64,000 nt of DNA from Candidatus Latescibacterota bacterium (GTDB taxonomy: Bacteria; Latescibacterota; UBA2968; GCA-2709665): NCBI GenBank assembly GCA_965226795.1, contig CBDDDZ010000004.1:608001-672000 (forward strand), given 5' to 3'. Below the pieces are notes generated by a model. The model was not told the origin of the DNA. It made no database searches and worked only from the letters and a program-made list of their open reading frames with translations. Position 1 is the first letter of the stretch, and every line of letters begins with the position of its first letter. Position numbers and translations under genes: made by a program. Of this stretch, positions 1-10,817 are shown piece after piece.

Positions 1-2
1 CG

Positions 3-779
3 CAAGAGTGATTGTAGGCGATGGTTGGTTGTGTTTTCCGGGTTTTCTTCGGGTATGACCAGCGCACGCAATTTCTGTTCGGTTCGTTCTGGACTGGCAT
101 CCGTGCGCAGACGGATAAAGGTTTGCACCCAGCGAAATGAGGTGCGGAATTCCCAGATGGACCAGGCATCGCGGACGCCTGCCGGCAGGGTTGCGGTTAC
201 AAAGTGAGGGTTAAAATGCGTGTTGCGCGGTTGCTCGTCTAAAATACCAGTGACAATGTAAACGCGGCCCTGACATTCGAGCACTTTGCCCATGGGGTCT
301 TCCCCGGTCGGGAAGAATTCGACAATGGCTTCTTGCGAGATGACCACACCGCCGGGTTGTTTGAGAGCTTTGTGGAGATCGCCACGCTTTAATCTGATCC
401 CCCAGAATACGAGATAGTTGGGATCGGTGTACCAGAACGCACGGCGTTGGGCAAATTGGCGATATTGCACCCACCGATGGCCTGGATGGATGCGGTTGGC
501 AGATTCAATTTCGGCGATGGATTCGATCATTTTTAGGGTGAGCGCACCGTGAGTGTCGATCTGGAAATCCATTTTGTACGGGGTGGTCAGTTGCCGCAAC
601 ACCCGATAGGTGCGATCGGCCCCGGGGCGAAAGGTGTCGAAACTGAATTCGTGGGCGACATAGAGCCACGTTAGGAGCATGCACGTGAGACCAACGCTCA
701 AGCCGAGGAGATTGGCCAGAGTATACAAACGCTGGCGAATGATGTGCCGGATGGCGACTGTGAGAAAGTTGCGTAGCAT
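3..779 (-). CDS. ABC transporter permease, MacB/FtsX family (N-terminal part; runs off window start)
   Basis: Not in the ORF track. Manual translation from ATG at 779 gives MLRNFLTVAIRHIIRQRLYTLANLLGLSVGLTCMLLTWLYVAHEFSFDTFRPGADRTYRV...PGGVVISQEA...DPMGK...VTGILDEQPRNTHF, open to the edge; typical MacB-like permease N-terminus. Confidence 0.9.
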   Translation of the reverse strand, partial: MLRNFLTVAIRHIIRQRLYTLANLLGLSVGLTCMLLTWLYVAHEFSFDTFRPGADRTYRVLRQLTTPYKMDFQIDTHGALTLKMIESIAEIESANRIHPGHRWVQYRQFAQRRAFWYTDPNYLVFWGIRLKRGDLHKALKQPGGVVISQEAIVEFFPTGEDPMGKVLECQGRVYIVTGILDEQPRNTHFNPHFVTATLPAGVRDAWSIWEFRTSFRWVQTFIRLRTDASPERTEQKLRALVIPEENPENTTNHRLQSLL

Positions 780-782
780 GTC

Positions 783-1170
783 TTATTCCTGGCTCAAGAC
801 ATCGACGGGGTTGGTACGGGTCGCCTTCCGGGCAAGATGAACCACCGTTGCAACGGCGATGAGAAACGTAATAGCAATGCTCGAAAGGAATAGCCAGACC
901 GTGAGATCGATCCGGTATGCAAAGATCCGCAACCATTTCTGCATCAACAAATATGCATTTGGACACGCAACCGCCCCGGCTACGATAACGAGCGATTGGC
1001 CCATCAGAGTCGAAAACAGCGGCAGCAGTGCCTGCGTCAATCCGAGGGATACCGGTAGCGCGACAAGGGTAAACAGAAAGGACTCGAACAGAAATTGGCT
1101 GATTACGTTACGGCGATGCGCACCGCCGACTTTGCGCAGGCCCATCTCACGGACGCAGAAGCTATGGTTT
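783..1170 (-). pseudogene. Remnant of a second FtsX-type ABC permease
   Basis: REMGLRKVGGAHRRNVISQFLFES joined to a C-terminal AYLLMQKWLRIFAYRI...ATRTNPVDVLSQE; only ~130 codons, no N-terminus, MITE directly upstream. Confidence 0.75.
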
Positions 1171-1178
1171 GCCTCCTC

Positions 1179-1340
1179 GTGTTCTGTCCCGGAAATAGAT
1201 TGCCTGAATTCGGCCGACGGGTCGCCCGGCTCGCAAGGCACCTGAGCTAGGCGACCTGCGCAAGGTCGGCGAGTGATGGAAACGCAGCGAGACGGGATGA
1301 AACGGCGGATGAATGGTGACAAATTTCCGGGACGGGACAC
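1179..1340. mobile_element. MITE-like repeat, copy 1
   Basis: Terminal inverted repeats GTGTTCTGTCCCGGAAA / TTTCCGGGACGGGACAC; interior closely matches 43469-43620. Confidence 0.85.
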
Positions 1341-1346
1341 CAGGTT

Positions 1347-2135
1347 TCAGGACATCCAAACATAAACCCGTTTGTAGTAGGCGATCTCAAATCCATTTCG
1401 TTTAAGGTTCCCCAATGATGTCTTGAGCATCGAAAGTGTCTCGCTGCAGGCCACCCGGCATCCCAGTTCCGCGGCACGATTCAGGCGCGCTCTTATGAGT
1501 GCATTCTGTCCGCCTTTTCTTCTGTGCGCTTCGGCGGTTCCTGCCCATCCGAGATAGGCGAAATCGCCGTGGCGGGCGAGTATCGCGGCGCTGACAGGCG
1601 CACCCGCGTCATACGCCACGAAATGGTCGAATCCGGGTTGATCGACGCTTTCAAGGAAAAACGTGCAGGGCCACGGGTCGAATATGCGGAGAATCGCATC
1701 CCCCTGATCCTCAACCTCATGCCCCGATACGCGGCACACGTCAAGATGGGTCTGGAAAGGCGCTACTTTTTCGACGGGACGAATCAGCGTCGGATACCGG
1801 GTGCCCCCAAATGGTTTGAGGCGGTTGTCTCCGAGCCACCCGACGATTTCCTCTTCCTGGGGATTCGGGCTCAGCCAGAAGAAAAACCGCTCGACCTGCG
1901 CTTCCCTGAATACCTCCAGTATGTTCAAGAAATCGGTCCGGGAAACTGTGGTCCCGCATCCGAAAAAAAATACGCCGTTTCGATTCGCCGATGGATAGGG
2001 CGATGGTGCGGAAGGAGTGTCCAACGTGACAATGGCACCTCCGACATCTACCTGGATCCTCGAATCGTACGGACCGCATTCGAGTTCCTTTTGCCTGATC
2101 GCCATTAAACGCCGTGCGATTTCATCCCGTCTCAT
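1347..2135 (-). CDS. GNAT-family N-acetyltransferase
   Basis: Acetyl-CoA-binding-type motif LGWAGTAEAHRRKGGQNALIRARL and SLGNLKRNGF. Confidence 0.8.
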   Translation of the reverse strand: MRRDEIARRLMAIRQKELECGPYDSRIQVDVGGAIVTLDTPSAPSPYPSANRNGVFFFGCGTTVSRTDFLNILEVFREAQVERFFFWLSPNPQEEEIVGWLGDNRLKPFGGTRYPTLIRPVEKVAPFQTHLDVCRVSGHEVEDQGDAILRIFDPWPCTFFLESVDQPGFDHFVAYDAGAPVSAAILARHGDFAYLGWAGTAEAHRRKGGQNALIRARLNRAAELGCRVACSETLSMLKTSLGNLKRNGFEIAYYKRVYVWMS

Positions 2136-2150
2136 GTCGGTGTGCGAAAC

Positions 2151-4369
2151 CTATCTCCTTTCCAGGTGCGGTTTCAGGTACTGTCCCGTATGCGACTGAC
2201 CGGCCGCGGCAACCGCCTCGGGCGGACCTGTTGCAATCACGTCGCCTCCGTTGTGCCCATCCTCCGGGCCGAGGTCGATCACGTAGTCGGCGGTCTTGAT
2301 CACGTCGAGGTGGTGTTCGATAACCACAACCGTGTGACCGGCGTCGACCAGGCCGTTGAGCGCATCGAGCAACTTCTGGATGTCGGCCAGGTGCAATCCC
2401 GTCGTCGGCTCGTCCAGAATGTAGAGATTGTGTTTGCCGCGTTTGATCTTTCCGAGTTCGTTGGCGAGTTTAACACGTTGGGCCTCTCCGCCCGAGAGGA
2501 TGGTGGCCGGATGGCCGATTTTCAGGTAACCCAGCCCCAGGTTGTCGAGCACGGCGAGCTTGTGGGCAATGAGGTTATTTTCGGCAAAGAACGCGACACC
2601 GTCTTCAATGGACAGGTCGAGGACGTCCGCAATGGTCTTGCCCTTATATGAGACCTCCAGCGTTTCATCGTTGTAGCGCGCGCCCTTGCAGGTGGGACAG
2701 GATACGGAAACATCGGGCATAAAGGCAAAGCTGGTCTTGATTTCGCCTTCGCCGGCGCATTCTTCGCAGCGGCCGCCCTTGACGTTGAAGCTGAATCGGG
2801 AGGCCGTATAACCGCGTTCCATGGCTTCCTCGGTGGACGCGAAACACTTGCGGATATTGTCATAAAACCCGATGTACGTCGCGGGGTTGGATCGTGGGGA
2901 CCGGCCGATGGCTGACTGATCAATGTTGATCACACCTCCCACGTTTTCATGGCCTACGAGATCATCGTGATCGCCTGAAAAGACACGGCTGTCGTGAAAA
3001 AGGTTGTATAGTTTTTTATACAACACCTCATGAACGAGGGTGCTTTTGCCCGAGCCGGATGCACCCGTGATGCAGGTAAAGATGCCCAGCGGGATTTCGA
3101 CGTCGATGTTGTTGAGGTTGTTTGCCCGGGCGCCTTTGATTTGGATGGCTTTGCTGTTCTTCTCGCGGCGTTGGTCGGGTATGGCGATTTTTCGTGCGCC
3201 GCTCAAATATTGCGCCGTTGGCAAATCCCGGCATTCAAGAACCTCGCCGACCGGGCCTGTTGCGACCACGCGGCCCCCATGTACCCCTGGACCGGGACCC
3301 ATTTCAATAATGTGATCGGCGGCGCGGATGGTGTCCTCGTCGTGTTCGACAACGATAACCGTGTTGCCGATGTCTCGAAGTCGCCGCATGGTGCTGATCA
3401 TCTTGGCATTGTCTTTGGGGTGCAAACCGATGCTGGGTTCATCGAGAACGTACAACATGCCCATTAGCCCCGAGCCGATCTGCGTGGAAAGGCGGATGCG
3501 CTGAGACTCGCCGCCGGAAAGCGTACCCGTCGGGCGGTTGAGGTTAAGATAGTCGAGGCCGATGCCGATCAGGAGTTCGAGGCGGGACGAGATTTCGTGG
3601 ATAATCTGCGAGGCGACTTCCTTCTGTTTCACTGGTATGGGAAGTTGTGTGAGAAAGGCCAGCAACTCCGGTAAATGCATTTCGCCGAGACTGTGGATAT
3701 TGCGTTCGTCGATTGTGGCCAGAAGACGCTGTTTTTTTAACCTCTGGCCACCACAGTCCGGACAGGGGTTTTCAACCATGACTTTGCGCAGATAGTCTTC
3801 CATATGACCGTGAGCGACGGCTTTTTGCCTGTATCAGCGGTACTGGCGTTCGATCTGATTGATGACGCCGTCGAAACGAAACTCGCGCCCGATGTATTTC
3901 GCGCCGACTTTGGCGTCAGGGGGCTGCTCAATCATGACCCTTTCACCCCTTGTACCGTATAGAAGCAGGGCCTTTGTATCGTCGGAAAGGTCCTTGTATG
4001 GGGTGTCGAGGTCGAAGTTGTATTTTCTGGACAGGCTGTAAAGTATACGCCCGCCCCACGAATTGACATCGTACTTCAGCGCTTCTTTGACGAATGCGCC
4101 TTCGCGCAGACTGCGATCTTTGTCGGGAGCGACCAGGTCGGGATGGGCTTTGAGATAGGTGCCCAGACCCGAGCACGTTACGCAGGCGCCGACGGGATCA
4201 TTGAACGTAAACATCCCATGATGCATACGGCCGGCGACGACGTCCGCGGATGAAGCGCCGAGTTTACGGTAGAATGTATCCGACGCCGCCTTGCTGATAT
4301 CGGGATTTCGAGGTGGATATTCCGCAGGTTGTTTTCGCGGGCGCCTTTGACTTCGATGGTTGATCTCAT
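2151..4369 (-). pseudogene. uvrA: UvrA-like excinuclease ABC subunit A, disrupted
   Basis: Start MRSTIEVKGARENNLRNIHLEIP at 4369, frame switch at ~4300 with the first Walker A region missing, in-frame TGA at 3834-3836. The 550-aa remainder has [19 protein letters not shown], zinc fingers and [12 protein letters not shown]. Confidence 0.85.
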
Positions 4370-4427
4370 CCCGTGTTCTTTCCCGGTCATTTCCTTCGTT
4401 CGATACCTGCGCCCGTACCCGCCAATT

Positions 4428-5265
4428 CTACAGGAGTTCGACGCCGTCCCCGTCATAGTAATAGGCGGGTTCTTCCACTTCAATCCGGCTTTTCTCAGTC
4501 AGGTGGATGGGACTCGACAGTTTTTGGATGATTTCCTGGTGGACAAGCCATTCACAGGCCGCCTCGAGGCCGCCGCCCTGGATTTTCTTTTAAAATAATC
4601 GCTGATTTCCGAGAGTTTGCGGACTCATGAGTCTTGGGTTGATTCACAAAATCCGTGTAGATCGCGTTGAAAAACTGCGGATTGTATTTGAGCGCCTGGT
4701 GAACCACTTCGCGACCCGGCGCTTCGTTGTGCAGAAGCACCTGGATTGATGCCAGTTCGCGCACGACCTGCATCAGCCACCAGAAGCTGTATTCGAAGTC
4801 CTTTTTCAGGTAAAAGTACTTCTCCGCTTTGTTGAGCGACGGTATCAGAAAGGAAGCATACCTCAACAGTTGCAATGCATGGTCTCGCGTTCCGATGTGA
4901 TCGATGGTTCCGTACCATTTCGCCACGGAATCGTCCCTGGCAAAAAGAAGGGTGCTCTTGGAGAACGTGAAGTCCAGCCAGCCGCCGGCGAGGTCGCCTT
5001 CGATGCGGCGTTTGAAGACGCTGCGGGGAATGCGTTGCGCCTGGATGTTGACTTCGTCTTCGCACAGTGTAACATGGCCCTGTTTTTGTCCATCCTGCAT
5101 GATGATCCACAGGTCGATATCCGAATTCTCCCAGACTTCGTCGTAGGACAGACTGCCAAAGAGTATAGCCGCGAGTACCGTTCGGTCTTTTTCAAGTTTT
5201 CCGACCAGAGACAATAGTGCTTTCCGGTAGCGCTTCTGAATTACCTCCGGCTCGACATGAGACAT
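4428..5265 (-). pseudogene. Nucleotidyltransferase-domain protein, frameshifted near C-terminus
   Basis: LFGSLSYDEVWENSDIDL (GS..DxD) motif. Frame breaks at ~4580-4625; a plausible C-terminus (ACEWLVHQEIIQKLSSPIHLTEKSRIEVEEPAYYY...TAG at 4428) lies in another frame. Confidence 0.7.
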
Positions 5266-5302
5266 GGCAACTCCACCATATAGTGTATGCGAAGGAGCAC
5301 GT

Positions 5303-5331
5303 GATATACGCAGGTTCGAATCAGGTGTCAA
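5303..5331 (-). promoter_or_regulatory. sigma70-type promoter
   Basis: TTGACA-17 bp-TATATC upstream of the ATG at 5265. Confidence 0.6.
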
Positions 5332-5388
5332 GGTCATTTCCGGGAAAGCGCCGGCATCCGTGCAGCGGAATCCGGGCTTGTCAGCCCC

Positions 5389-5417
5389 TTGACGAATCGG
5401 ATCATTTCCGGTATATT
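5389..5417 (+). promoter_or_regulatory. sigma70-type promoter
   Basis: TTGACG-17 bp-TATATT upstream of the GTG at 5464. Confidence 0.6.
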
Positions 5418-5463
5418 TTGTGTGCATCTTGATGAGGTTTGCCCTTCTACTGGAGACGATAGA

Positions 5464-5739
5464 GTGTTTTATTCCTCCAGACGGATTTATCCTTTTGCCG
5501 TTTTGGCGCTGGTGATATTCGCGGTCTACCTGGCGGTATTCTTACTTGCCGCCTTCCCCGGTCACGATCACGATCAACAATGTACTGTCTGCGCCTGGTT
5601 CAACAACCTGAGCGTCGGTTTGCCGGCAGTGCTCGTGTTGCACCTTTGCTTCATGCATTTCCGGCAGTGGTACCCCACGTGCCGATCCCTTCGCACTTCC
5701 TTCCTGCTTCCCGATGGACGCGCCCCTCCTGTGTCCTGA
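5464..5739 (+). CDS. DUF2946/CruR/CutF-like leader protein (signal/TM, CxxC, C-terminal RAPP)
   Basis: GGAG RBS then GTG; hydrophobic N-terminus, GHDHDQQCTVC, ends ...PDGRAPPVS; upstream of a TBDR operon. Confidence 0.75.
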   Translation: MFYSSRRIYPFAVLALVIFAVYLAVFLLAAFPGHDHDQQCTVCAWFNNLSVGLPAVLVLHLCFMHFRQWYPTCRSLRTSFLLPDGRAPPVS

Positions 5740-6026
5740 TCCATCCTCCAGTGTCCTGAGGACACTTCCGCAGTTTTTCAAGCATTTTCCAAATTGTATC
5801 AGATCCGCTCTACAACTGTGTTTACGTTCACAGGAATCCGGATTCCCTGGACCGTAACACGGCCCTCCACCTGCCGCGATTCTCTCTCTGTGTCCGGCAG
5901 GAACGCGGTTCAGTAAAGCGGGAATACCAGCCAAGAAAACGGCATGCCACCAGCATGGTGAAATATCCGTATCGCGCCTTGCCAGTTGCGGGTGAAGGTG
6001 AAATCCTGGCATACGGGAGACCCCAG

Positions 6027-6524
6027 ATGCTTCGCTTGATAAAAATGATAACATCTTGTACCAACATTGCCACGGCGGCGGCCGTAGCCGTGATCCTGGC
6101 CGGTTGTGGCAAGGATGACCCCCTGACTCCACAGGAGGAACATTACGAAGCCGAAGGCCTGGTCCTCATTGACTCCGGCCACCGGTTCTTCCGGTATTTC
6201 CAGGGTAAGGTGGACTCGGACGACGGCCGGGTGGACGTCCTCGAGGTTCCTCACGGCCAACTCACCAACCATTGGAGCATCCGCTTCCTGGATGAAGACG
6301 GAAACGAAATGGCGCCCCCCGGCGGCGCGGGCCACACTTTCACGTGGGAAATTGCGGATAAGTCGATCGTGGAAGTCGTCCAGGACGAGGGCGACGAGGG
6401 TAAATTCGTCTTCTACCTGCGCGGTCTCGAAGCCGGCGAAACCACCATCAAGCTTCAGATCTCGCACGAAGGCCACGTGGACTTCACCACGCTACCCATT
6501 CCGGTGCGCGTCGAGTCACAATAA
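6027..6524 (+). CDS. Lipoprotein of unknown function, possibly metal-binding
   Basis: GGGAG RBS, lipobox ILAG-C, EEHYEAEG and HEGHVDF motifs. Confidence 0.75.
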   Translation: MLRLIKMITSCTNIATAAAVAVILAGCGKDDPLTPQEEHYEAEGLVLIDSGHRFFRYFQGKVDSDDGRVDVLEVPHGQLTNHWSIRFLDEDGNEMAPPGGAGHTFTWEIADKSIVEVVQDEGDEGKFVFYLRGLEAGETTIKLQISHEGHVDFTTLPIPVRVESQ

Positions 6525-6587
6525 TTTCCAGGCGGATGGCGCCCTGAGTCGCCATTCTATGGTTCACAGAATCGGAGTTCATTCCAA

Positions 6588-8864
6588 ATGATTCATTTAC
6601 TCGAAATCCGGGGTGTATTGTCGAACGAAAATGTGAGCGATCCAATCGTCACACGGTTGCGCTTGAACAGGATCGTGCTGGCGCTGTTCTGTCTGCTTTT
6701 TCTCACAGGAACCGGCTTGGCGAATCGAGCTGCGCTGATCGAAGGCTACGTTTTCGACAGCGAAACCCGGCGCCCCATCGGGAAAGTGAACGTCCAATCC
6801 ACAGATCACTCGACGGGCACGTCCACCGATGACGGAGGCCGGTTTGTGCTCCACCTGTCCCGTGGTGTTTACCGGCTGTCTTTTACCCACGTCGGCTATC
6901 AGGAAATGCAACGTGAACTGACCGTCTCGGAGGCGAAGCATCCCGTCATATACATGGAAATGGACCGGCTAGACCTCAGGTTGGACCCCATGGACGTCGT
7001 GGCCAAACGCGCCGAAACCCGATTTGACGAACTCCAACGGGCCACAGGCGTGCTCTCAGGAGACGAACTCAGGAAAAAATACAGCATCACGCTCGCCGAA
7101 ACCATGAAGAACGAACTTGGCGTTGCCATCCGCAGCATGGGACCCGCCCCGGCCCGTCCGGTCATCCGCGGACTCAGCGGCGACCGCGTACAGATCAACG
7201 TCGACGGCATTCAGGCTCAGGATCTCTCTTCAACGTCCGCAGATCACGCGGTGACGGTCGAGACCTTCAACGCGGAACGCCTGGAAATTATCCGGGGGCC
7301 CCGCACGCTGCTGCACACGTCCACGGCCGGCGGCGGCGTTATCAATGTCGTCAAGCACAAAATTCCCGAAGCCCGGCCCAAGCGCTTTTTCGGCAGTGTC
7401 GGCGCCTATGGGGAAACGGTCAACCGGGGCTATCTCTCCTCCGCCGCCGTAACCGTGCCCGTAGGGCCGCTCGCGCTCTACGCCGAATCCACGTACCGGG
7501 ATACACGGGACATACAGACCCCCATTGGCAGCCTCGCCAACACACCCATCAACACCCGTACCTATACACTCGGCCTGTCCTACGCGGTGGATCGAGGCTA
7601 TATCGGCGCTTCTTTCGATCAATTCGATACACGGTACGGCATTCCCGGAGGGTTTATCGGTGCTCATCCAAACGGCGCAGACCTTGACATCATGCGTCGG
7701 GTCTTCGACGGCAGGGCAGTCTACCGGTTCGATAGCCGGACGATAGACAGAGTGGAGGCGGGTTTCACAAAGGCGTATTACCATCACGTCGAGTTCGAAT
7801 CCAGCGGCCGCATCGGATCCGAATTCTTGTTTCACGACTACAGCGGCGATCTCAAGCTACACCTGAACACGCAAGGGCAAGCGCAAAACACCGTGCTGAC
7901 CGCCGGCTTTGAACACCGCAATCTCAAACTGGGTGCCTTTGTCTTCACTCCGCCCACGCGAAAACAAGACGTAAACTTCGGTTTGTATCACGAAACAACC
8001 TACCGCCATATTGAGCTTCAGGCCGCTGCCCGGTACACCTACGCCTCCTTCGACCCGCGCCTCAACGTAATCTCAAACACGAGTCTGGACATAGACCGCA
8101 CCTTTCATGTCTGGTCCGCGGCCTTCAGCCCTCTCGTGCCGATCACCGACCAGCTGACCGCTGGCGCCAGCCTCAACCGCTCCCAGCGCGCACCCACCAT
8201 CGAGGAACTCTACAACGAGGGACCTCACCTTGCCGCATACACCTTTGAGAAGGGCAATGTCGAACTCAATGCTGAACGGAGTTTCGGCCTGGAGGCATTC
8301 TTCCACTACCTGCAACCGGGTTTCGACCTGGTCTTCACGGGATTCTGGAATGAATTCGGCAATTACATCGCGCCTCGAAATACGGGTGAAATAAACTTCG
8401 CTCTACTCCTCCCCATCTACGCCGCCGAAGGCATCGATGCGAGAATGCTGGGCGTGGAGACGCACCTGAAGTGGCGTCCGAATGCGCACCTCGAACTGGA
8501 AATAAACCTGAGCCACGTACGTGGTGAAAATCGGGACGAGCGTATGCCCATGCCCGAAATGCCGCCGCTCAAATTCGTCGGCAGCGTAACCTACCGGCAC
8601 CCCTGGCTGACCGCGGGAGGGACCGTTGAATGGGCCGCGGGGCAGGAACGCGTGGACACGTTTGAGGACCCCACGGCCGGTTATTCCGTTTTCGGCGCCT
8701 ACGTACAGCGCGATTTCCTCACAGACCACGCCCGCCACAGCCTCATCCTTTCACTGGAGAATCTCTTTGACACTGAATACCGTAACCACCTGTCGCGCAT
8801 TCGGTCCGTGATGCCTGAAACAGGCCGGAGCCTTAAAATGCACTACAAGATGTATTTCTTTTGA
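6588..8864 (+). CDS. TonB-dependent receptor, probable metal uptake
   Basis: Plug motif RPVIRGLSGDRV, IIRGPRTLL, C-terminal NLFDTEYRNHLS...MYFF; start uncertain. Confidence 0.92.
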   Translation: MIHLLEIRGVLSNENVSDPIVTRLRLNRIVLALFCLLFLTGTGLANRAALIEGYVFDSETRRPIGKVNVQSTDHSTGTSTDDGGRFVLHLSRGVYRLSFTHVGYQEMQRELTVSEAKHPVIYMEMDRLDLRLDPMDVVAKRAETRFDELQRATGVLSGDELRKKYSITLAETMKNELGVAIRSMGPAPARPVIRGLSGDRVQINVDGIQAQDLSSTSADHAVTVETFNAERLEIIRGPRTLLHTSTAGGGVINVVKHKIPEARPKRFFGSVGAYGETVNRGYLSSAAVTVPVGPLALYAESTYRDTRDIQTPIGSLANTPINTRTYTLGLSYAVDRGYIGASFDQFDTRYGIPGGFIGAHPNGADLDIMRRVFDGRAVYRFDSRTIDRVEAGFTKAYYHHVEFESSGRIGSEFLFHDYSGDLKLHLNTQGQAQNTVLTAGFEHRNLKLGAFVFTPPTRKQDVNFGLYHETTYRHIELQAAARYTYASFDPRLNVISNTSLDIDRTFHVWSAAFSPLVPITDQLTAGASLNRSQRAPTIEELYNEGPHLAAYTFEKGNVELNAERSFGLEAFFHYLQPGFDLVFTGFWNEFGNYIAPRNTGEINFALLLPIYAAEGIDARMLGVETHLKWRPNAHLELEINLSHVRGENRDERMPMPEMPPLKFVGSVTYRHPWLTAGGTVEWAAGQERVDTFEDPTAGYSVFGAYVQRDFLTDHARHSLILSLENLFDTEYRNHLSRIRSVMPETGRSLKMHYKMYFF

Positions 8865-9036
8865 TATTGAAGGTCCTCATCAAGCGGGCCCTGCAACAGA
8901 ATCTGACCCCGGCCGATAGATGCCGGCAGGAAGACATACCAACAACCCCGTGTCAGTCTATTGGCCCGGGGCCTGTTTTTCGTCATCCTCTTTGTCGACC
9001 CGCCGCATTCCACGGGAAAATAAAGTGTTCGTCTCC

Positions 9037-9802
9037 TTACCGGCCAGCGCCCCCTTTCCGAATTCTTTCCAGCAACGCCCGCCGCATAACGGGCTCCACA
9101 ATACGTGGACACCATCTACCCAGAAAAGCCGCCGCACGATTTTCAAAACCCGGAACAATGAGACGTTTTCTCTTCTCGATGCCTCGAAAGATGGCCTCCG
9201 CCAATTTTTCCGGGGGCATGCGTTTTTCCTCTCGCGAATTGTCCGGGCTGTACCGGCGGGCATGGGCGGTGCGCGTAGGGCCCGAAAAGACCGTCATGAC
9301 ATGCATATCCCATTGAGCAAGTTCGACCGAGAGACTTCGTGAATAGGACGCCAGCACGCTCTTGGTTGCCGCGTACGTCGCGGCCCCCGGATAACTTATG
9401 TAGTGGGAGAGAGGAGACGAAAACGAGGAATCCGCCAGGGACAATGCGGTTGGCCTCCAACAACCTCGCCGTCACCGCCATGGGCGCGTAGAAATTCACT
9501 TTAGTCACACGTTCCTGCGCTTCCAGGCTCACGTCGGAAAACCGTCCCACGGCATTGATGCCCGCGTTGTGGATCAACACGTCAATAGGAACCATTGAAA
9601 CCAATTGATCGTGAGCCCTTGCGATGCCCGCATCGCAGCTCAAGTCCGCAAAGACAAAACGTGCGCCTATTTCCCGCGCAAGATTCGCCCCACCCTTCGC
9701 ATCTATGTCCACGCCGGTCACGGAATACCCCGCACGTACGAATCTTCGGGGCAGCGCCTCGCCAATACCATTCGCCGCACCGGTTATGACCGCGTGTTTC
9801 AC
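9037..9802 (-). pseudogene. SDR oxidoreductase with a frameshift (or sequencing error)
   Basis: TGAANGIG and HNAG in one frame, YAATK in another; break in the TCTCTC run at ~9405-9414; GTG start overlaps the upstream stop. Confidence 0.75.
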
Positions 9803-10542
9803 TGTGCTCTCCATCGCATCAGGGCATCCACAACCCCACCGAAATAACGCCCGCAGAACCGCAACCATTGGTTTCCCAAACCGATTGTCACCACGCGCCT
9901 ACGTCCATCGATCGCACGCACAATCCGCCGGGCGACCCGATCCGCCGGCGGGAATACTCTCGGATTCTCGTCGTCCCACCTTGCCTTTCGATGAATGCCC
10001 GTCTGTGTCCCGCCGGGGTGTATGACCTGGACGTTCGCTTCGCCTTCAACGCGGAGATTGCGTCCGAGAACATCGAGCGCCTCCTTGGTCGCGGCATACA
10101 CGGCATAATCGGGACACGGAAACGCATGAGCGATGGAGCCAATGAACACGTGTTTGCCGCCTGCATTCTTAACGTACGGTACCAACGCGTGCGTCATGCG
10201 CAACGGCGCCAGAAGATTGACGGCTACGATCTCTCGAATGCTGGCGACGTTCTGATTGGCGAGGGAACCGTAGTACCCCGTTGCCGCGTTCTGAATCGCC
10301 AGATCCAGCTTATCTATAGTCCGTGATTCCAAATATGAACCCACTTTGTCCGCGCAATTGTCCTTCATCAGATCGACCCTGCAATAGGTCCCCTCGCTGG
10401 AAAGTTCGCCTTCGAGCGAATCCAGCGCGCGCCTGCCCACCAGCACCAGCCGTTCTTCACGCGCGCGATAAATTTCCGCAAGCGCCCGTCCAATTCCATC
10501 CGTTGCACCTGTGATCAATACGGTCTCTCTTTCCTTTGCCAT
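9799..10542 (-). CDS. SDR oxidoreductase
   Basis: TGATDGIG, QNAA, YAATK. Confidence 0.9.
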   Translation of the reverse strand: MAKERETVLITGATDGIGRALAEIYRAREERLVLVGRRALDSLEGELSSEGTYCRVDLMKDNCADKVGSYLESRTIDKLDLAIQNAATGYYGSLANQNVASIREIVAVNLLAPLRMTHALVPYVKNAGGKHVFIGSIAHAFPCPDYAVYAATKEALDVLGRNLRVEGEANVQVIHPGGTQTGIHRKARWDDENPRVFPPADRVARRIVRAIDGRRRVVTIGLGNQWLRFCGRYFGGVVDALMRWRAQ

Positions 10543-10817
10543 GACATACATATCCTTCGTCGCATCTGTCCCCGACACCCACGCCGCCCCCACTGGCCAC
10601 TGGGGAGTTCGGGTGGATACGCACAGCACTGTATTGACCGTCCCATCCAGGGCTTGCTCTGCGACGCGTCAGATCCTATCTTTCCTTGAGCCCTTGCTCA
10701 CACAATGCCGGAGGCCAAAGACAATCTTCGCGAGTTGGCCGCCAAGCCCGATACCGTTGACATCTTGTCGGTAGCGGAAGCCGGTATTTTACGGGAGGCG
10801 GCCGGAGAGACGAGACA

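Noticed and set aside
3834..3836. In-frame TGA in uvrA as selenocysteine or recoding
   Set aside because: Context QYR*YRQK fits CGA to TGA, not a Cys site; the gene also has a deletion, and TGA ends many genes here.
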